From contig CAZLUD010000002.1 in assembly GCA_964562615.1 (NCBI GenBank), forward strand, positions 89,300-153,299: a stretch of DNA of 64,000 bases, read 5' to 3'. Positions 25,865-35,784 of this stretch are shown here, in pieces (position 1 is the stretch's first letter; each line of letters begins with the position of its first letter). Origin of the DNA: an uncultured Candidatus Saccharibacteria bacterium (GTDB lineage Bacteria > Patescibacteriota > Minisyncoccia > Phycocordibacterales > UBA12088). Both the position numbers and the translations under genes were made by a program. The notes under the pieces are model-generated. The model saw nothing but the letters and a program-made list of their open reading frames with translations. It was not told the DNA's origin and searched no databases.

Positions 25865-26431
25865 ATGATACTGACTACGAAGCAACAGCTCTTACTTGGA
25901 TTATTAGTGATTATTGGGATATTGGCAATTGTATTCTACTTTCCAGGTCCAAAGACGTGGCTCGAAAAAAAGCTTAACAAAAAACCTGATAGTGCGATCA
26001 CTACCTTTGAAGAATGCGCAAAGTACTATCCGGTTCTTGAGTCATATCCAGAGAGATGCTCTACCAAAAGCGGCGCATCTTTTACAAGAGACATTGGTAA
26101 TGAACTAGAAAAAGCAGATCTCATCAAAAGTACTACCCCTCGCCCAGGAGACACTATAATGAATCCACTTGTCATAGAGGGAGAGGCACGTGGGTATTGG
26201 TTTTTTGAAGCGACTGCGCCTGTTGAGTTGTACAACAATAGTGGAGTACAAATAGCGAGCGGATACATTGAAGCGCAAGGCGAATGGATGACTGAAGACT
26301 TTGTGCCGTATACCGGAACACTCGACTTTCCACCTGCAGCCTCTGGTAGTGGCTACCTCCTTATCAAAAAGGCAAATGCTTCTGGACTACCAGAGCATGA
26401 TGACTCACTTAGCATTCCGGTAGTCTTTTAA
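25865..26431 (+). CDS. Membrane-anchored Gmad2 immunoglobulin-like domain protein
   Basis: TM; FEEC...YPVLESYPERC; PL.IEGEARG.WFFEA..PV, WMTEDFVP, N.SGLPE. Confidence 0.8.
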   Translation: MILTTKQQLLLGLLVIIGILAIVFYFPGPKTWLEKKLNKKPDSAITTFEECAKYYPVLESYPERCSTKSGASFTRDIGNELEKADLIKSTTPRPGDTIMNPLVIEGEARGYWFFEATAPVELYNNSGVQIASGYIEAQGEWMTEDFVPYTGTLDFPPAASGSGYLLIKKANASGLPEHDDSLSIPVVF

Positions 26432-26433
26432 CC

Positions 26434-27087
26434 ATGAGCAAAAAGACACTACACAACGCTATCGCTATTGTTTCTTCACTTGTATTTGTGTACCTGATGT
26501 GGTCAGGCTCAATCACCCTTACCGAGGACACCACAAAGGAACCGCTCCATGACCAAGGTGCCGTAGTTGCAGAATACGCAACCACACCCGATGAGGCAGA
26601 AGAAGACACTACTTTTGCCCCCACTACGGTGAGTGAGGCCTCATTTCCAAAAATCACTACCGTCATGCGCGTAATAGATGGCGATACGTTTGTAGTATCT
26701 ATGAATGACAAGCCGGTAACTGTACGACTCTTAGGAATAGACACCCCTGAGACAGTACATCCAAATAAACCAGTTGAATGCTTTGGGAGAGAGGCATCAG
26801 AATATCTTACCTACCTCATTAATCAGCACGAGCTAGTGTTGGTTCTTGATCCTACGCAAGGCGCCTATGATAAATACGGCAGACTACTTGCGTATGCGTA
26901 TCTTCCTGATGGACGAAGCGTAAATGAGATACTACTACGAGATGGTTTTGCGTATGAGTACCTGTACCAAACCCCCTACGAGTTACATGATAGGTACGTT
27001 GCTATAGAACAAAAGGCAATTGATGCAAAACGAGGCTTGTGGGCAGAAGGTGTGTGTCAACAAGAAGAATCGTTAGAGGTACAATAA
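26434..27087 (+). CDS. Thermonuclease (SNase) family protein, membrane-anchored
   Basis: RVIDGDT, VRLLGIDTPE, DKYGRLLAY, KRGLW. Confidence 0.92.
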   Translation: MSKKTLHNAIAIVSSLVFVYLMWSGSITLTEDTTKEPLHDQGAVVAEYATTPDEAEEDTTFAPTTVSEASFPKITTVMRVIDGDTFVVSMNDKPVTVRLLGIDTPETVHPNKPVECFGREASEYLTYLINQHELVLVLDPTQGAYDKYGRLLAYAYLPDGRSVNEILLRDGFAYEYLYQTPYELHDRYVAIEQKAIDAKRGLWAEGVCQQEESLEVQ

Positions 27088-27091
27088 TCAC

Positions 27092-27325
27092 ATGACAAAT
27101 TTCAGCGACATCACCATACTAGACATATTTGGCACCTCGCCTATGGGAGCTGCCTTTAATATTGTGGCATTTGTATTTGTGGTGTTTAGCTTGTTGTTTG
27201 TATATCACCTGACTAAATACAGTGTCGGCAATGCCGTCATGAGTACCGCGCTTCTTGTATATTTTGGCGTAGCAGGGTTTCTTTTTTTTGTACTCATCAT
27301 TAGTATGTCCAGTATTGCATCATGA
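27092..27325 (+). CDS. Small two-TM membrane protein
   Basis: Two hydrophobic helices; TACAAT 6 nt upstream; stop overlaps next start (ATGA). Confidence 0.7.
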   Translation: MTNFSDITILDIFGTSPMGAAFNIVAFVFVVFSLLFVYHLTKYSVGNAVMSTALLVYFGVAGFLFFVLIISMSSIAS

Positions 27326-27939
27326 TACATTTAGGCCCCGATGAAAGAATAATAACCACCGCGCGCAAACATATATTTGTGCTCATTGGTGAATTGTTAC
27401 CAGTCGGTGTACTTCTTGCTGTGCCCTTTCTGGTACTTCCCTTTATTCCTGAATCAGTGTCACTCTCTCGCTTTATTCCTTCTGAAGAAGAAATAATTGT
27501 GGCAGTGTCCATCGATAATGCGGTTATAGTATTTAGCCTTGCGATATGGACATTGCTGTTATGGATGCGAATGTTTTGGATATGGATCGACTACTATCTT
27601 GATGTATGGATAATTACCAATCATCGATTAATCGATATTGAGCAAAAGGGATTTTTTAACAGAAATGTTGCCAATGTTCGACTTGATTTTATACAAGATG
27701 TTACCTACGAGATACGCGGTGTTATCGCCTCACTATTAAATTTTGGCAGCATCGAGATACAGACAGCCGGAGAAACACGCCACTTTACCCTCCACGGTGT
27801 CTCCCACCCAGAAAGATTGCGTGATACGTTGGTACAAATAAAAGCTGAAGAGAAGAAAGGAGTATCGGGGGTAAGCGGAGTTGAGTTTGAAGAGGATGAT
27901 GAATTCAATCGAATGATTAACCGTGATGTGGATGAATAG
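27322..27939 (+). CDS. Bacterial PH-domain membrane protein
   Basis: RKH, two TMs, WIITN.R.IDIEQ.G.F, IQDV, FG.I.IQTAG. Confidence 0.8.
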   Translation: MIHLGPDERIITTARKHIFVLIGELLPVGVLLAVPFLVLPFIPESVSLSRFIPSEEEIIVAVSIDNAVIVFSLAIWTLLLWMRMFWIWIDYYLDVWIITNHRLIDIEQKGFFNRNVANVRLDFIQDVTYEIRGVIASLLNFGSIEIQTAGETRHFTLHGVSHPERLRDTLVQIKAEEKKGVSGVSGVEFEEDDEFNRMINRDVDE

Positions 27940-28684
27940 CATCTTCTAGAGTAAGGTCGCCTACTTTTGTACGCACAATACTAAATGCAAGCGCAGGCAC
28001 ACCAAGCGCGTCCCCTATCTCCTTTACCAGCTCTCGCATATAGGCTCCACTACCGCACGTCACGATGATTTCAGCAAGAGGAAACGTTTTGTTCGATAGC
28101 TTTCTGAGAGTGTCGTCCCAAACTGCTTTAATTTTTTCTTGTCTAAAGTCTCCGGTAACACGTGCGCAAGCGGCATCAACTAGTGACTGTATGTCTTGCA
28201 CCCCAATCGAAGAAGATGCGGTAAGGGTTATAGAGTTGATGGTAATTGTATGCGTAGGCAATTCTACTTGAACACCATTTCTTCCGTATTCATGGAGCTG
28301 CTTGCCCTCAACTGTTTTTGAAGAAAAGAGTGGATATGATTGCTCACGAGTCCCTACTAAACCATTAAGCACAGAAAGAAGTGTGACGAGTGATGGTGCT
28401 GATACCTGCTCTACCTTTTCTAATACACCAAGGACATCAGCAGTGTCTGTAGAAAAGCCAAAGAGTATCTGCACTCGATATTCCTTTGGAAGTGCTGTTA
28501 TCGTGTCTTTCTTGTGTACTGCTTCTCCAAAAAGGATTGGTAGTACTCCCTCAGCAAGTGGATCAAGCCTCCCTGCGTATGTTGCCTTAATATCTGCATA
28601 CTCGGGGTGCAATTGCACATACGCATGAAGACACTCTTTTGGCGTCTCGAATCGCTCTTTGTATAGGTTCACCATATTGTCCAT
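27917..28684 (-). CDS. truB: tRNA pseudouridine(55) synthase TruB-like
   Basis: YAGRLDPLAEGVL (catalytic Asp), KEY, STDT.D..G, P.FSS..V.GK.L, C.SG.Y.R.L. Confidence 0.85.
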   Translation of the reverse strand: MDNMVNLYKERFETPKECLHAYVQLHPEYADIKATYAGRLDPLAEGVLPILFGEAVHKKDTITALPKEYRVQILFGFSTDTADVLGVLEKVEQVSAPSLVTLLSVLNGLVGTREQSYPLFSSKTVEGKQLHEYGRNGVQVELPTHTITINSITLTASSSIGVQDIQSLVDAACARVTGDFRQEKIKAVWDDTLRKLSNKTFPLAEIIVTCGSGAYMRELVKEIGDALGVPALAFSIVRTKVGDLTLEDAIHPHHG

Positions 28685-28706
28685 ATTTGCTACAATGAAC
28701 CTCATC

Positions 28707-30023
28707 ATGAAAGAAAACGCAAGCCACATAAGCAAAGAGCCATACAAGGGGGTAAGAGATTTCTATCCTGAGGATATGCGCGTTATGCGATATATCACCG
28801 AAGTGATGCGTACAAGCGCTGAAGCCTTTGGCTACGAAGAATACACCGCCTCGGTACTTGAAAGCGCAGAACTGTATGAAGCAAAAAGCGGAGAAGAGAT
28901 GGTAACTAACGAAACCTATACCTTTATTGATCGTGGTGAACGGCGTGTTACCCTTCGCCCTGAAATGACCCCTACCGTGGCTCGCATGATAGCTGCCAAG
29001 CGCAAGGAGCTTATGTTTCCACTACGCTGGTACTCTATACCTAACTTGTTTAGATATGAACGTCCACAACGTGGCCGTCTTCGAGAACACTGGCAACTAA
29101 ATTGCGATTTGTTTGGAGCTAAAAGCATTGCCGCTGATGCAGAAATACTGCTTCTTGCCTCTACCATCATGAAAAAGTTTGGTGCCAAAGAAGAGGATTT
29201 TGAAATTCGCATCAACCATCGAAGTCTCATGAACTCACTCTTTGATGATGTGCTATCTCTAGAGACAGATGCTCGCTACAAACTTGCAAAACTTCTTGAT
29301 AAAAAAGAAAAAATATCCAAAGAAGAATTTCTTAATGAGCTCACGGTACTTATCCCAGAAAAAGCAACCATGCTCAGTCATATGCTTGAAGCAAAAACAC
29401 TTGATGAGTTTTTGCAACATTCACCACTTCTTAGCTCATCAGAAGGTGCGCAGGATGTTCTTTCATTACTTGCACACCTCAGCACTCTCTCACTTCATAA
29501 TGTACGATTTGTACCTACCCTCATGCGTGGCTTTGACTACTACAACGGCATGGTCTTTGAGGTGTTTGATACCAATCCAGAAAACAGACGCTCTATTTTT
29601 GGTGGAGGAAGATATGATCACCTTGTAGACATATTTGGGGTAGAGAGTGTTCCTGCTGTTGGATTTGGCATGGGTGATGTCACTATTGCTGATTTTTTGA
29701 CTACGCATGATTTGCTTCCGGCATTCTCATCAGCACATCAATTGTATATTGCCACCGTTACCGAAGGAGATATTGCTTTTGCACACACCCTTGCAACAAA
29801 CCTAAGAGCAAGCGGGATCAATGTGTTGGTAAATGTCACCAACAAAAAACTAGGCGAGCAAGTATCGTACGCAGCAAAAAAATCTATCCCATTTGTGCTC
29901 ACCGTAGGAGAAAACGAACGTGCGCAACACGCCTATCCGCTTAAAAATATGCTCACCAAAGAAGAGTGTGTGGTATCAATAGAAGACGTTGCTTCCCTAT
30001 TACTCAATACAACCACCAACTAG
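28707..30023 (+). CDS. hisS: Histidine--tRNA ligase
   Basis: KG.RDFYP, LRPEMT, FRYERPQRGR.REH.Q, RGFDYY, GGGRYD. Confidence 0.97.
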   Translation: MKENASHISKEPYKGVRDFYPEDMRVMRYITEVMRTSAEAFGYEEYTASVLESAELYEAKSGEEMVTNETYTFIDRGERRVTLRPEMTPTVARMIAAKRKELMFPLRWYSIPNLFRYERPQRGRLREHWQLNCDLFGAKSIAADAEILLLASTIMKKFGAKEEDFEIRINHRSLMNSLFDDVLSLETDARYKLAKLLDKKEKISKEEFLNELTVLIPEKATMLSHMLEAKTLDEFLQHSPLLSSSEGAQDVLSLLAHLSTLSLHNVRFVPTLMRGFDYYNGMVFEVFDTNPENRRSIFGGGRYDHLVDIFGVESVPAVGFGMGDVTIADFLTTHDLLPAFSSAHQLYIATVTEGDIAFAHTLATNLRASGINVLVNVTNKKLGEQVSYAAKKSIPFVLTVGENERAQHAYPLKNMLTKEECVVSIEDVASLLLNTTTN

Positions 30024-30024
30024 T

Positions 30025-30603
30025 ATGCGAAAGGTGGTATTTGATATTGAGACAAAAAATATTTTTTCTGATGTTGGAAAAAACGACCCAACGCTTCTTG
30101 ATATTTCGATGCTCTGCGCGTGGGATTCAGAGACAAATGAGTTTACGAGTTATCTTGAAGAAGAATTACCTAAACTCTGGCCACTCCTTGAACGGGCAGA
30201 TATGCTTATTGGCTATAATAGCGACCACTTTGATATTCCGCTCCTTAACAAATATTATCCGGGTGACCTAACGCATATTAAGAGCCTCGATATCCTCAAA
30301 GAGATTCAAAAATCATTTGGGCGAAGACTTAAACTAGATGCCATTGCAGAGGCGACACTTGGTATTGGCAAAAGTGGTCACGGCCTTCAGGCATATGAGT
30401 GGTGGAAGCAAGGTGAAATAGAGAAAATAAGAAAGTACTGCATAGACGATGTAAAAATAACCAGAGACGTGTACGACTACGCACGCAAACACGGGTACGT
30501 TAAATACAAGGACTTTGGAGAAACTAAAAAAATACCTCTCGATACAAGCCATTGGGAAGAGCCTACTGACAATGGTGCCATGACCCACACCTTGCCATTT
30601 TAG
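30025..30603 (+). CDS. Ribonuclease H-like (YprB/RNase_H_2) exonuclease-domain protein
   Basis: VFDIET, GYN...FD.P.L, YC..DV DEDD-type motifs. Confidence 0.85.
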   Translation: MRKVVFDIETKNIFSDVGKNDPTLLDISMLCAWDSETNEFTSYLEEELPKLWPLLERADMLIGYNSDHFDIPLLNKYYPGDLTHIKSLDILKEIQKSFGRRLKLDAIAEATLGIGKSGHGLQAYEWWKQGEIEKIRKYCIDDVKITRDVYDYARKHGYVKYKDFGETKKIPLDTSHWEEPTDNGAMTHTLPF

Positions 30604-30624
30604 ATAATTAAAAAGCCAACGATC

Positions 30625-30650
30625 AGGACCCCCGTTGTAACGGGGGTCCT
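30625..30650. terminator. Hairpin between convergent genes
   Basis: AGGACCCCCGTT-gt-AACGGGGGTCCT. Confidence 0.7.
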
Positions 30651-30655
30651 ATATA

Positions 30656-30901
30656 TTACTGTTTATACTTTTCAAGAAGTTCCAATACTGCACTAAGAAC
30701 TTTGAGGATTTCCGGTGGAAGTTCTTTTGCCTCAAGGGCTATTGCTAGTAAATCAGGTAGATGCAAAGTCAAGATTTGCTTTGCGCATTCAAGTGACTTT
30801 GCCTCTGTCACATTAAATTCGTAACGCAAAACACTCGAAAAATATCTCATCATCACATCTAGATATGCTTTGGTGTTCCCTTCCGCTGGCATTACTGGCA
30901 T
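30656..30901 (-). CDS. Small hypothetical protein
   Basis: SD GAGGAG before ATG 30901; helical; no family recognised. Confidence 0.5.
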   Translation of the reverse strand: MPVMPAEGNTKAYLDVMMRYFSSVLRYEFNVTEAKSLECAKQILTLHLPDLLAIALEAKELPPEILKVLSAVLELLEKYKQ

Positions 30902-30982
30902 CGCGATACTCCTCACGGTTAGCTCGAGGTAATATGCCACAAAAATTACATCGTTACAAGATGTATACCAAACGGTATCAAA

Positions 30983-31810
30983 CTACAAAGTAAAAAATAG
31001 AATGCCGAGCGCAAGCGCTACGCGGTATACCACAAACGGAATAAGTGTGTGTGAACGTAAAAAGGTAATCATAAAGTGTATCGCAGCTAAACCAACCACA
31101 AATGCACTTATCGCGCCCGCAATTATGAGCGATGCATCGCTTGCAAGTGCTCCGCTTGTTTCCAGCTCAACAAATTTTTTAAGTCCCGCGCCAAGTATGA
31201 CCGGAAACGAAAGAAGGAATGCAAATCTCGCCGCATCCTCGCGTGATATACCAAGAAGTAATCCGCCAGATATGGTAGCTCCCGAACGAGACATACCAGG
31301 TATAAGGGCAAGCACTTGAAAAAATCCTATCGCAACTGCCTTGTACACCGTAAGCGAGGCCGTGGCAAAAGTGTTGCGTGTACGAGTGTGGACATACTCT
31401 GCAAATAGCATAAGCAGTGACCCTGCAATCAGTGTCCATGCAACCACAGTGGTAGAGCGAAACACCGTTTCCATACTCTCTTCAAGGTATAGCCCAAGCA
31501 CTACAACAGGTATGGTACCGAGTATGAGTCCAAAAAGTAAGGTTTTGGTTTTAGGATCTACCCCCTTCCTTACCACCATCCGATACGCATTATAGGCAAG
31601 ACTAAGAAAGTCGCGCCAAAAATATACCATAACTGCTCCTGCCGTTGCTAGGTGAAGTACCGCATCAAAGGCAAGTCCATATTCAGACGAAAAACCCAGC
31701 ACATCCCGCGCAAGAATAAGATGCCCAGTTGAGGAAACTGGCAAAAACTCAGTAATTCCTTGGACGATTCCAAGGATAATACCAGGAGCAATAGCTGAAA
31801 TTATATCCAT
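30983..31810 (-). CDS. uppP: Undecaprenyl-diphosphate phosphatase
   Basis: QGITEFLPVSSTGH, PGMSRSG motifs. Confidence 0.97.
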   Translation of the reverse strand: MDIISAIAPGIILGIVQGITEFLPVSSTGHLILARDVLGFSSEYGLAFDAVLHLATAGAVMVYFWRDFLSLAYNAYRMVVRKGVDPKTKTLLFGLILGTIPVVVLGLYLEESMETVFRSTTVVAWTLIAGSLLMLFAEYVHTRTRNTFATASLTVYKAVAIGFFQVLALIPGMSRSGATISGGLLLGISREDAARFAFLLSFPVILGAGLKKFVELETSGALASDASLIIAGAISAFVVGLAAIHFMITFLRSHTLIPFVVYRVALALGILFFTL

Positions 31811-31896
31811 GTGTCTATATTCTCACATTGACTATAAATGTGCTAGGATAGTAGTAATTTACTAACTAGAGCGCCATTTTTAGCACAACAACACAC

Positions 31897-32676
31897 ATGG
31901 AACAAAATAAATTAATTCCCCTTTCGATTCTTGCTGCAGGTATTATTATTGCCGTTTCGGTATTTTTTGTGGGTAAATCATCTACCACTGATGAGGAGCA
32001 AAAGACAGCAACCGTACCGACGAGCGGTAAAGAAATTCGTGGTGTTAGTGAAGCAGATCACCTACGTGGCAATCCAGATGCGCCAGTTGTTATTGTTGAG
32101 TACTCTGATTTTGAATGTCCGTTCTGCCAACGTTTCCATAAGGACCTAAAAACCGTGATGGACACGAGGGGTAAGAGTGGCGAGCTTGCGTGGGTATACC
32201 GACACTTCCCGCTTCAAGAACTTCACTCTAAGGCGCCATTTGTATCACTCGCATCAGAGTGTGTGGCAAGTCTAGGAGGCAATGACGCGTTTTGGAACTT
32301 TGCAGATACCTATTACGAAACAACACCATCAAATAACCAAATCGATCTTGCAACCCTCCCATCACTCGCTGGTAGTGTAGGAGTAGATAAGGATGCGTTT
32401 GGGGCATGCGTTGCAGAGACCACCTACCAATCAGAGGTAGACACAGATTTTGCAGAAGCAAGAGCAGCTGGTGGTACTGGTACGCCATTTTCAGTATTTA
32501 TCTTTAAAGAGCCTATCAAGGCAGAGGTAAAAAAATTGGCTGAGTCATTTAACGCACAGTATGGCAATGCACTCTTTAGTGTTATTACCGAGAATCAACT
32601 TGGCATGAGCGGTGCGCTCCCTGCAGATATTGTTGCACTTATCGTAGATACACAGATAGGAAAGGCGGCACAATAA
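31897..32676 (+). CDS. DsbA-family thioredoxin-fold protein
   Basis: TM; GNPDA.V.IVEYSDFECPFC, RHFPL, GTP. Confidence 0.92.
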   Translation: MEQNKLIPLSILAAGIIIAVSVFFVGKSSTTDEEQKTATVPTSGKEIRGVSEADHLRGNPDAPVVIVEYSDFECPFCQRFHKDLKTVMDTRGKSGELAWVYRHFPLQELHSKAPFVSLASECVASLGGNDAFWNFADTYYETTPSNNQIDLATLPSLAGSVGVDKDAFGACVAETTYQSEVDTDFAEARAAGGTGTPFSVFIFKEPIKAEVKKLAESFNAQYGNALFSVITENQLGMSGALPADIVALIVDTQIGKAAQ

Positions 32677-32692
32677 GTAGCGACAAAGGCAT

Positions 32693-32732
32693 AACAAACA
32701 CGGCAGAGTCTACTGACTGTGCCGTGTTTGTT
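32693..32732. terminator. Bidirectional terminator
   Basis: AACAAACACGGCA...TGCCGTGTTTGTT between convergent genes. Confidence 0.7.
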
Positions 32733-32741
32733 TATGTATAA

Positions 32742-35651
32742 TTACTGAGAGAATCGTGCTTTATACTCCTCTACTAGATCGCAATAATCACATGTTTTAG
32801 GATCGCACGGCGCGGTGAGATACGCCCCAGTGAGTAATTCGTTCACCACGGTGTGTATCTGTTCCTTAAGCGTTGTTACCGCATCATCTGGTATAACAAA
32901 TGCCTCCGTGTGTATTTCTCCTTTTTTATCTGGCTCAACAAATTGCAGTATGCCCTTTTTCATGTGGCCAACACCACCTGCTTCTAGTAGCAGTTTGTAA
33001 AATACAAGTTGTCGATAATAGCCACCGTCACTGTTTGCTGCTACTCCCTCAATCTCATTTCTTGATTTAGGCTCTCCCGTTTTGTAGTCGATTACTACTA
33101 GACCATCTGGTTCAGTGCGCAACAAATCTAATTCGCCGGTAAGCACTATATCAGTATCACCTACTTGTATAGGGGTCTTTATACGGCGCTTTGGCTCTCC
33201 TTTCATTACCAACTCATCAGACATTGTGGCAAACAGTGTCGAGAGTGCCTCAATCCCTCGCGTTCGATAATGTTCAAATTCATGAGCAGCAATAGGCTCC
33301 TTTTCTAGAGCTTCTTCAAAAAGGGCAATCAACTCGTGCTGTTCTTTTTTGCCCAACAGGACAAATTTTTCAAGCGCTTTATCAATCGCAGTACCATACA
33401 TCAAATGATGCTTTTTTGCTGAAGGCACGCGTAGGAATGTTGAAAATATAAATCGCCATGGATTGTCCATGTATTGATTAAGACCCGTCACTGAGAATCC
33501 GTCTTTTGTGAGGTGCTCACGCATCAACTCACTCAGGGTGGTAGTTATTTCAGACGATGAAAAATGCCCCGATGTTTCCTCGCGCTCTTCTGGTGGCGCT
33601 ACCACTCTATGTAATAGCGCACTATCTATGTCATCAATAAACCTACTTGGTTCTGCCTCTTTTCCATCAGGAAGCTCTTGTGCATAGGTGAGAGTAAGCT
33701 CCTGCTTTGCTCTTGTCATTGCCACATACAAGAGACGACGCTCATCCTCAATAGCGAGGTGTTCGGTATCTTCTTTATACAATGGCATGATGAAAAATTC
33801 TTTGTCTGCCCTTCCTCGCCATTCTCTATCAACAAGATGAGTAATATATACTTTTTCAAACTCAAGTCCTTTTGCCTTGTGCGCAGTCATAAGGCGAACA
33901 GAGCCTTCTCTAATTCTGTATGATCTATGGATGTCTATGTGGTGGCGTTCCATAACCACAAGCCGCTCCATGAGCGTCTCGATAGTGGCGCCAGGGCTTT
34001 CATAGACTAGTGCTTGTGCAAATGAAAAGAGGCCAAGGTACGATTCGTATACATCTTCACGTGAAAGGGCGTACGAAAGAAATCCCGTCTCTCGTGCCAC
34101 TATTTCAATAAAAGTGAGAAGTGGCGTGACTCGTGCAATAGCGGTATGTGAAAGGAGCATCTTTTTTATTGATGCCACATCGTCGTGGGTGTCCATAACT
34201 GAGAGCACTGATCGTCTATCCTTGACCCGTTCACGCATCACACTAAAAAAGGTGGTAAGTGATATCGCCATCCACGGACTTGCAAGTGCTCGTACCATAC
34301 TCTCTTCATCTCCATAACAGACTCCCCGAAAGTACGCGAGCAATAGTCCAATAGCCGGGACAGAAAATATGCTGCGCTCAGACTCTATGACGTGCGGTAT
34401 ACCTCGCTGTGAAAGCGCGTGAGAAATAGCTAGCGCATTGTTATTTTTTCTGTATAAAATCGCAATTTCATGAGGATGTGTACCGTCTGTTATATCTTTT
34501 GCCACGCGCGCGGCAACCACAGATAATTCATCCATCACACTCTCGCAGGCAAGTAGGGTGGGGACTACGCCACTTTTCTCTTTAGCGGCAATGAGTGATG
34601 GTTGGGTATCAAATCCACCATGTGCAATAAGTGAGTGTGATGAATCTAATATCGATTGTGTTGATCGGTAATTATGCGTGAGGGTGATAACTCGAACCGT
34701 AGGGGCAAATGCTCGTATACCATGAAAGTTTTCCATAGACGCTCCTTGAAAGCGATATATCGCTTGCTTTTCGTCTCCCACCACAAACAAGTTTGGCTCG
34801 TCATGAAAGCCGGTAATAAGCTCTAGTAATCTATTCTGAGCTCTGTTTGTATCTTGATGTTCATCAACTAATACATACAATGACTCCTCTGAAAGAATAA
34901 GGAGAAGCTCCTCCTCCTTTTCACACGCCTCTATTACCGAGAGCACCATGTCCTCATAGTCATGTCTTTTCATTTTTGCGAGTGACTCTTGGTACGCACT
35001 GTATGCGGTAACAACCTCAAAACTTCGAGCGAGTTTTTGTTGATACGTAAGATGCTCTGCCTTCATCTTCCCTTTTGTCTTCCCTCTTGTTGAAAGTAAA
35101 TCATCCCTCGAATAAAAAGTATCGCGAGCTTTTTCAAGTCGCGTCTGAAGCTCCTCTGGCGAAACCTTTTCTTGTTTTGCTTTTTTAACCGCTTCCTTTA
35201 CTTCATACATGTAGTAAAAGGGATCGTTAGACGTACGAAGATGGACAAATGATTGCGTACGAAAAATATCCTCCCATACGATAGCTCGCTCGAGGTCGCT
35301 AAGTGCTTTGCTCCCCGCCATATGAGAAAAGTAGGAAGGAAATCGCTCGATAATGGAATTCGCATACCCATGAAAAGTATGTATCGCAACTTTGTAGGCA
35401 TCCTCGCCAATGATACTTCGTAGCCTAGAGCGCATGGCCGCTACTCCAGACTCAGTAAACGTAAGACACAATATGCCGCTCGCGGGTGTGTCTGTTTGCT
35501 TGAGAATATTTGCAATCCGTAATGCAAGCACCTGTGTTTTGCCTGTCCCGGGGCCTGCTACAAGCATTACCGGACCCTCAATAGTATCTACCGCCTCTTT
35601 TTGGGCGGTATTTAGCGCGGTATATGCCCTCAGGAAGGCGTCATGCTTCAT
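32742..35651 (-). CDS. UvrD/REP-family helicase with C-terminal PD-(D/E)XK nuclease (AdnA/AddA-like)
   Basis: AGPGTGKT, VDEHQD, GDEKQAIY.FQGA, NYRS, T.H.AKGLEF, YVAMTRA; G.LD, IDYKTG, QLVFY, C-terminal Cys cluster. Confidence 0.92.
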   Translation of the reverse strand: MKHDAFLRAYTALNTAQKEAVDTIEGPVMLVAGPGTGKTQVLALRIANILKQTDTPASGILCLTFTESGVAAMRSRLRSIIGEDAYKVAIHTFHGYANSIIERFPSYFSHMAGSKALSDLERAIVWEDIFRTQSFVHLRTSNDPFYYMYEVKEAVKKAKQEKVSPEELQTRLEKARDTFYSRDDLLSTRGKTKGKMKAEHLTYQQKLARSFEVVTAYSAYQESLAKMKRHDYEDMVLSVIEACEKEEELLLILSEESLYVLVDEHQDTNRAQNRLLELITGFHDEPNLFVVGDEKQAIYRFQGASMENFHGIRAFAPTVRVITLTHNYRSTQSILDSSHSLIAHGGFDTQPSLIAAKEKSGVVPTLLACESVMDELSVVAARVAKDITDGTHPHEIAILYRKNNNALAISHALSQRGIPHVIESERSIFSVPAIGLLLAYFRGVCYGDEESMVRALASPWMAISLTTFFSVMRERVKDRRSVLSVMDTHDDVASIKKMLLSHTAIARVTPLLTFIEIVARETGFLSYALSREDVYESYLGLFSFAQALVYESPGATIETLMERLVVMERHHIDIHRSYRIREGSVRLMTAHKAKGLEFEKVYITHLVDREWRGRADKEFFIMPLYKEDTEHLAIEDERRLLYVAMTRAKQELTLTYAQELPDGKEAEPSRFIDDIDSALLHRVVAPPEEREETSGHFSSSEITTTLSELMREHLTKDGFSVTGLNQYMDNPWRFIFSTFLRVPSAKKHHLMYGTAIDKALEKFVLLGKKEQHELIALFEEALEKEPIAAHEFEHYRTRGIEALSTLFATMSDELVMKGEPKRRIKTPIQVGDTDIVLTGELDLLRTEPDGLVVIDYKTGEPKSRNEIEGVAANSDGGYYRQLVFYKLLLEAGGVGHMKKGILQFVEPDKKGEIHTEAFVIPDDAVTTLKEQIHTVVNELLTGAYLTAPCDPKTCDYCDLVEEYKARFSQ

Positions 35652-35784
35652 ATCTGAAGTATACCCTTAGCGGTGGAAAGCTGCCATTGTCGCTAAAGCT
35701 AAAGAGGAGTATAGTGGCTTTTGTTTGTGCTCAACGAATTGATTAGAGATAGTTGGGCAAATTACCACATTATTAAACAAATGC

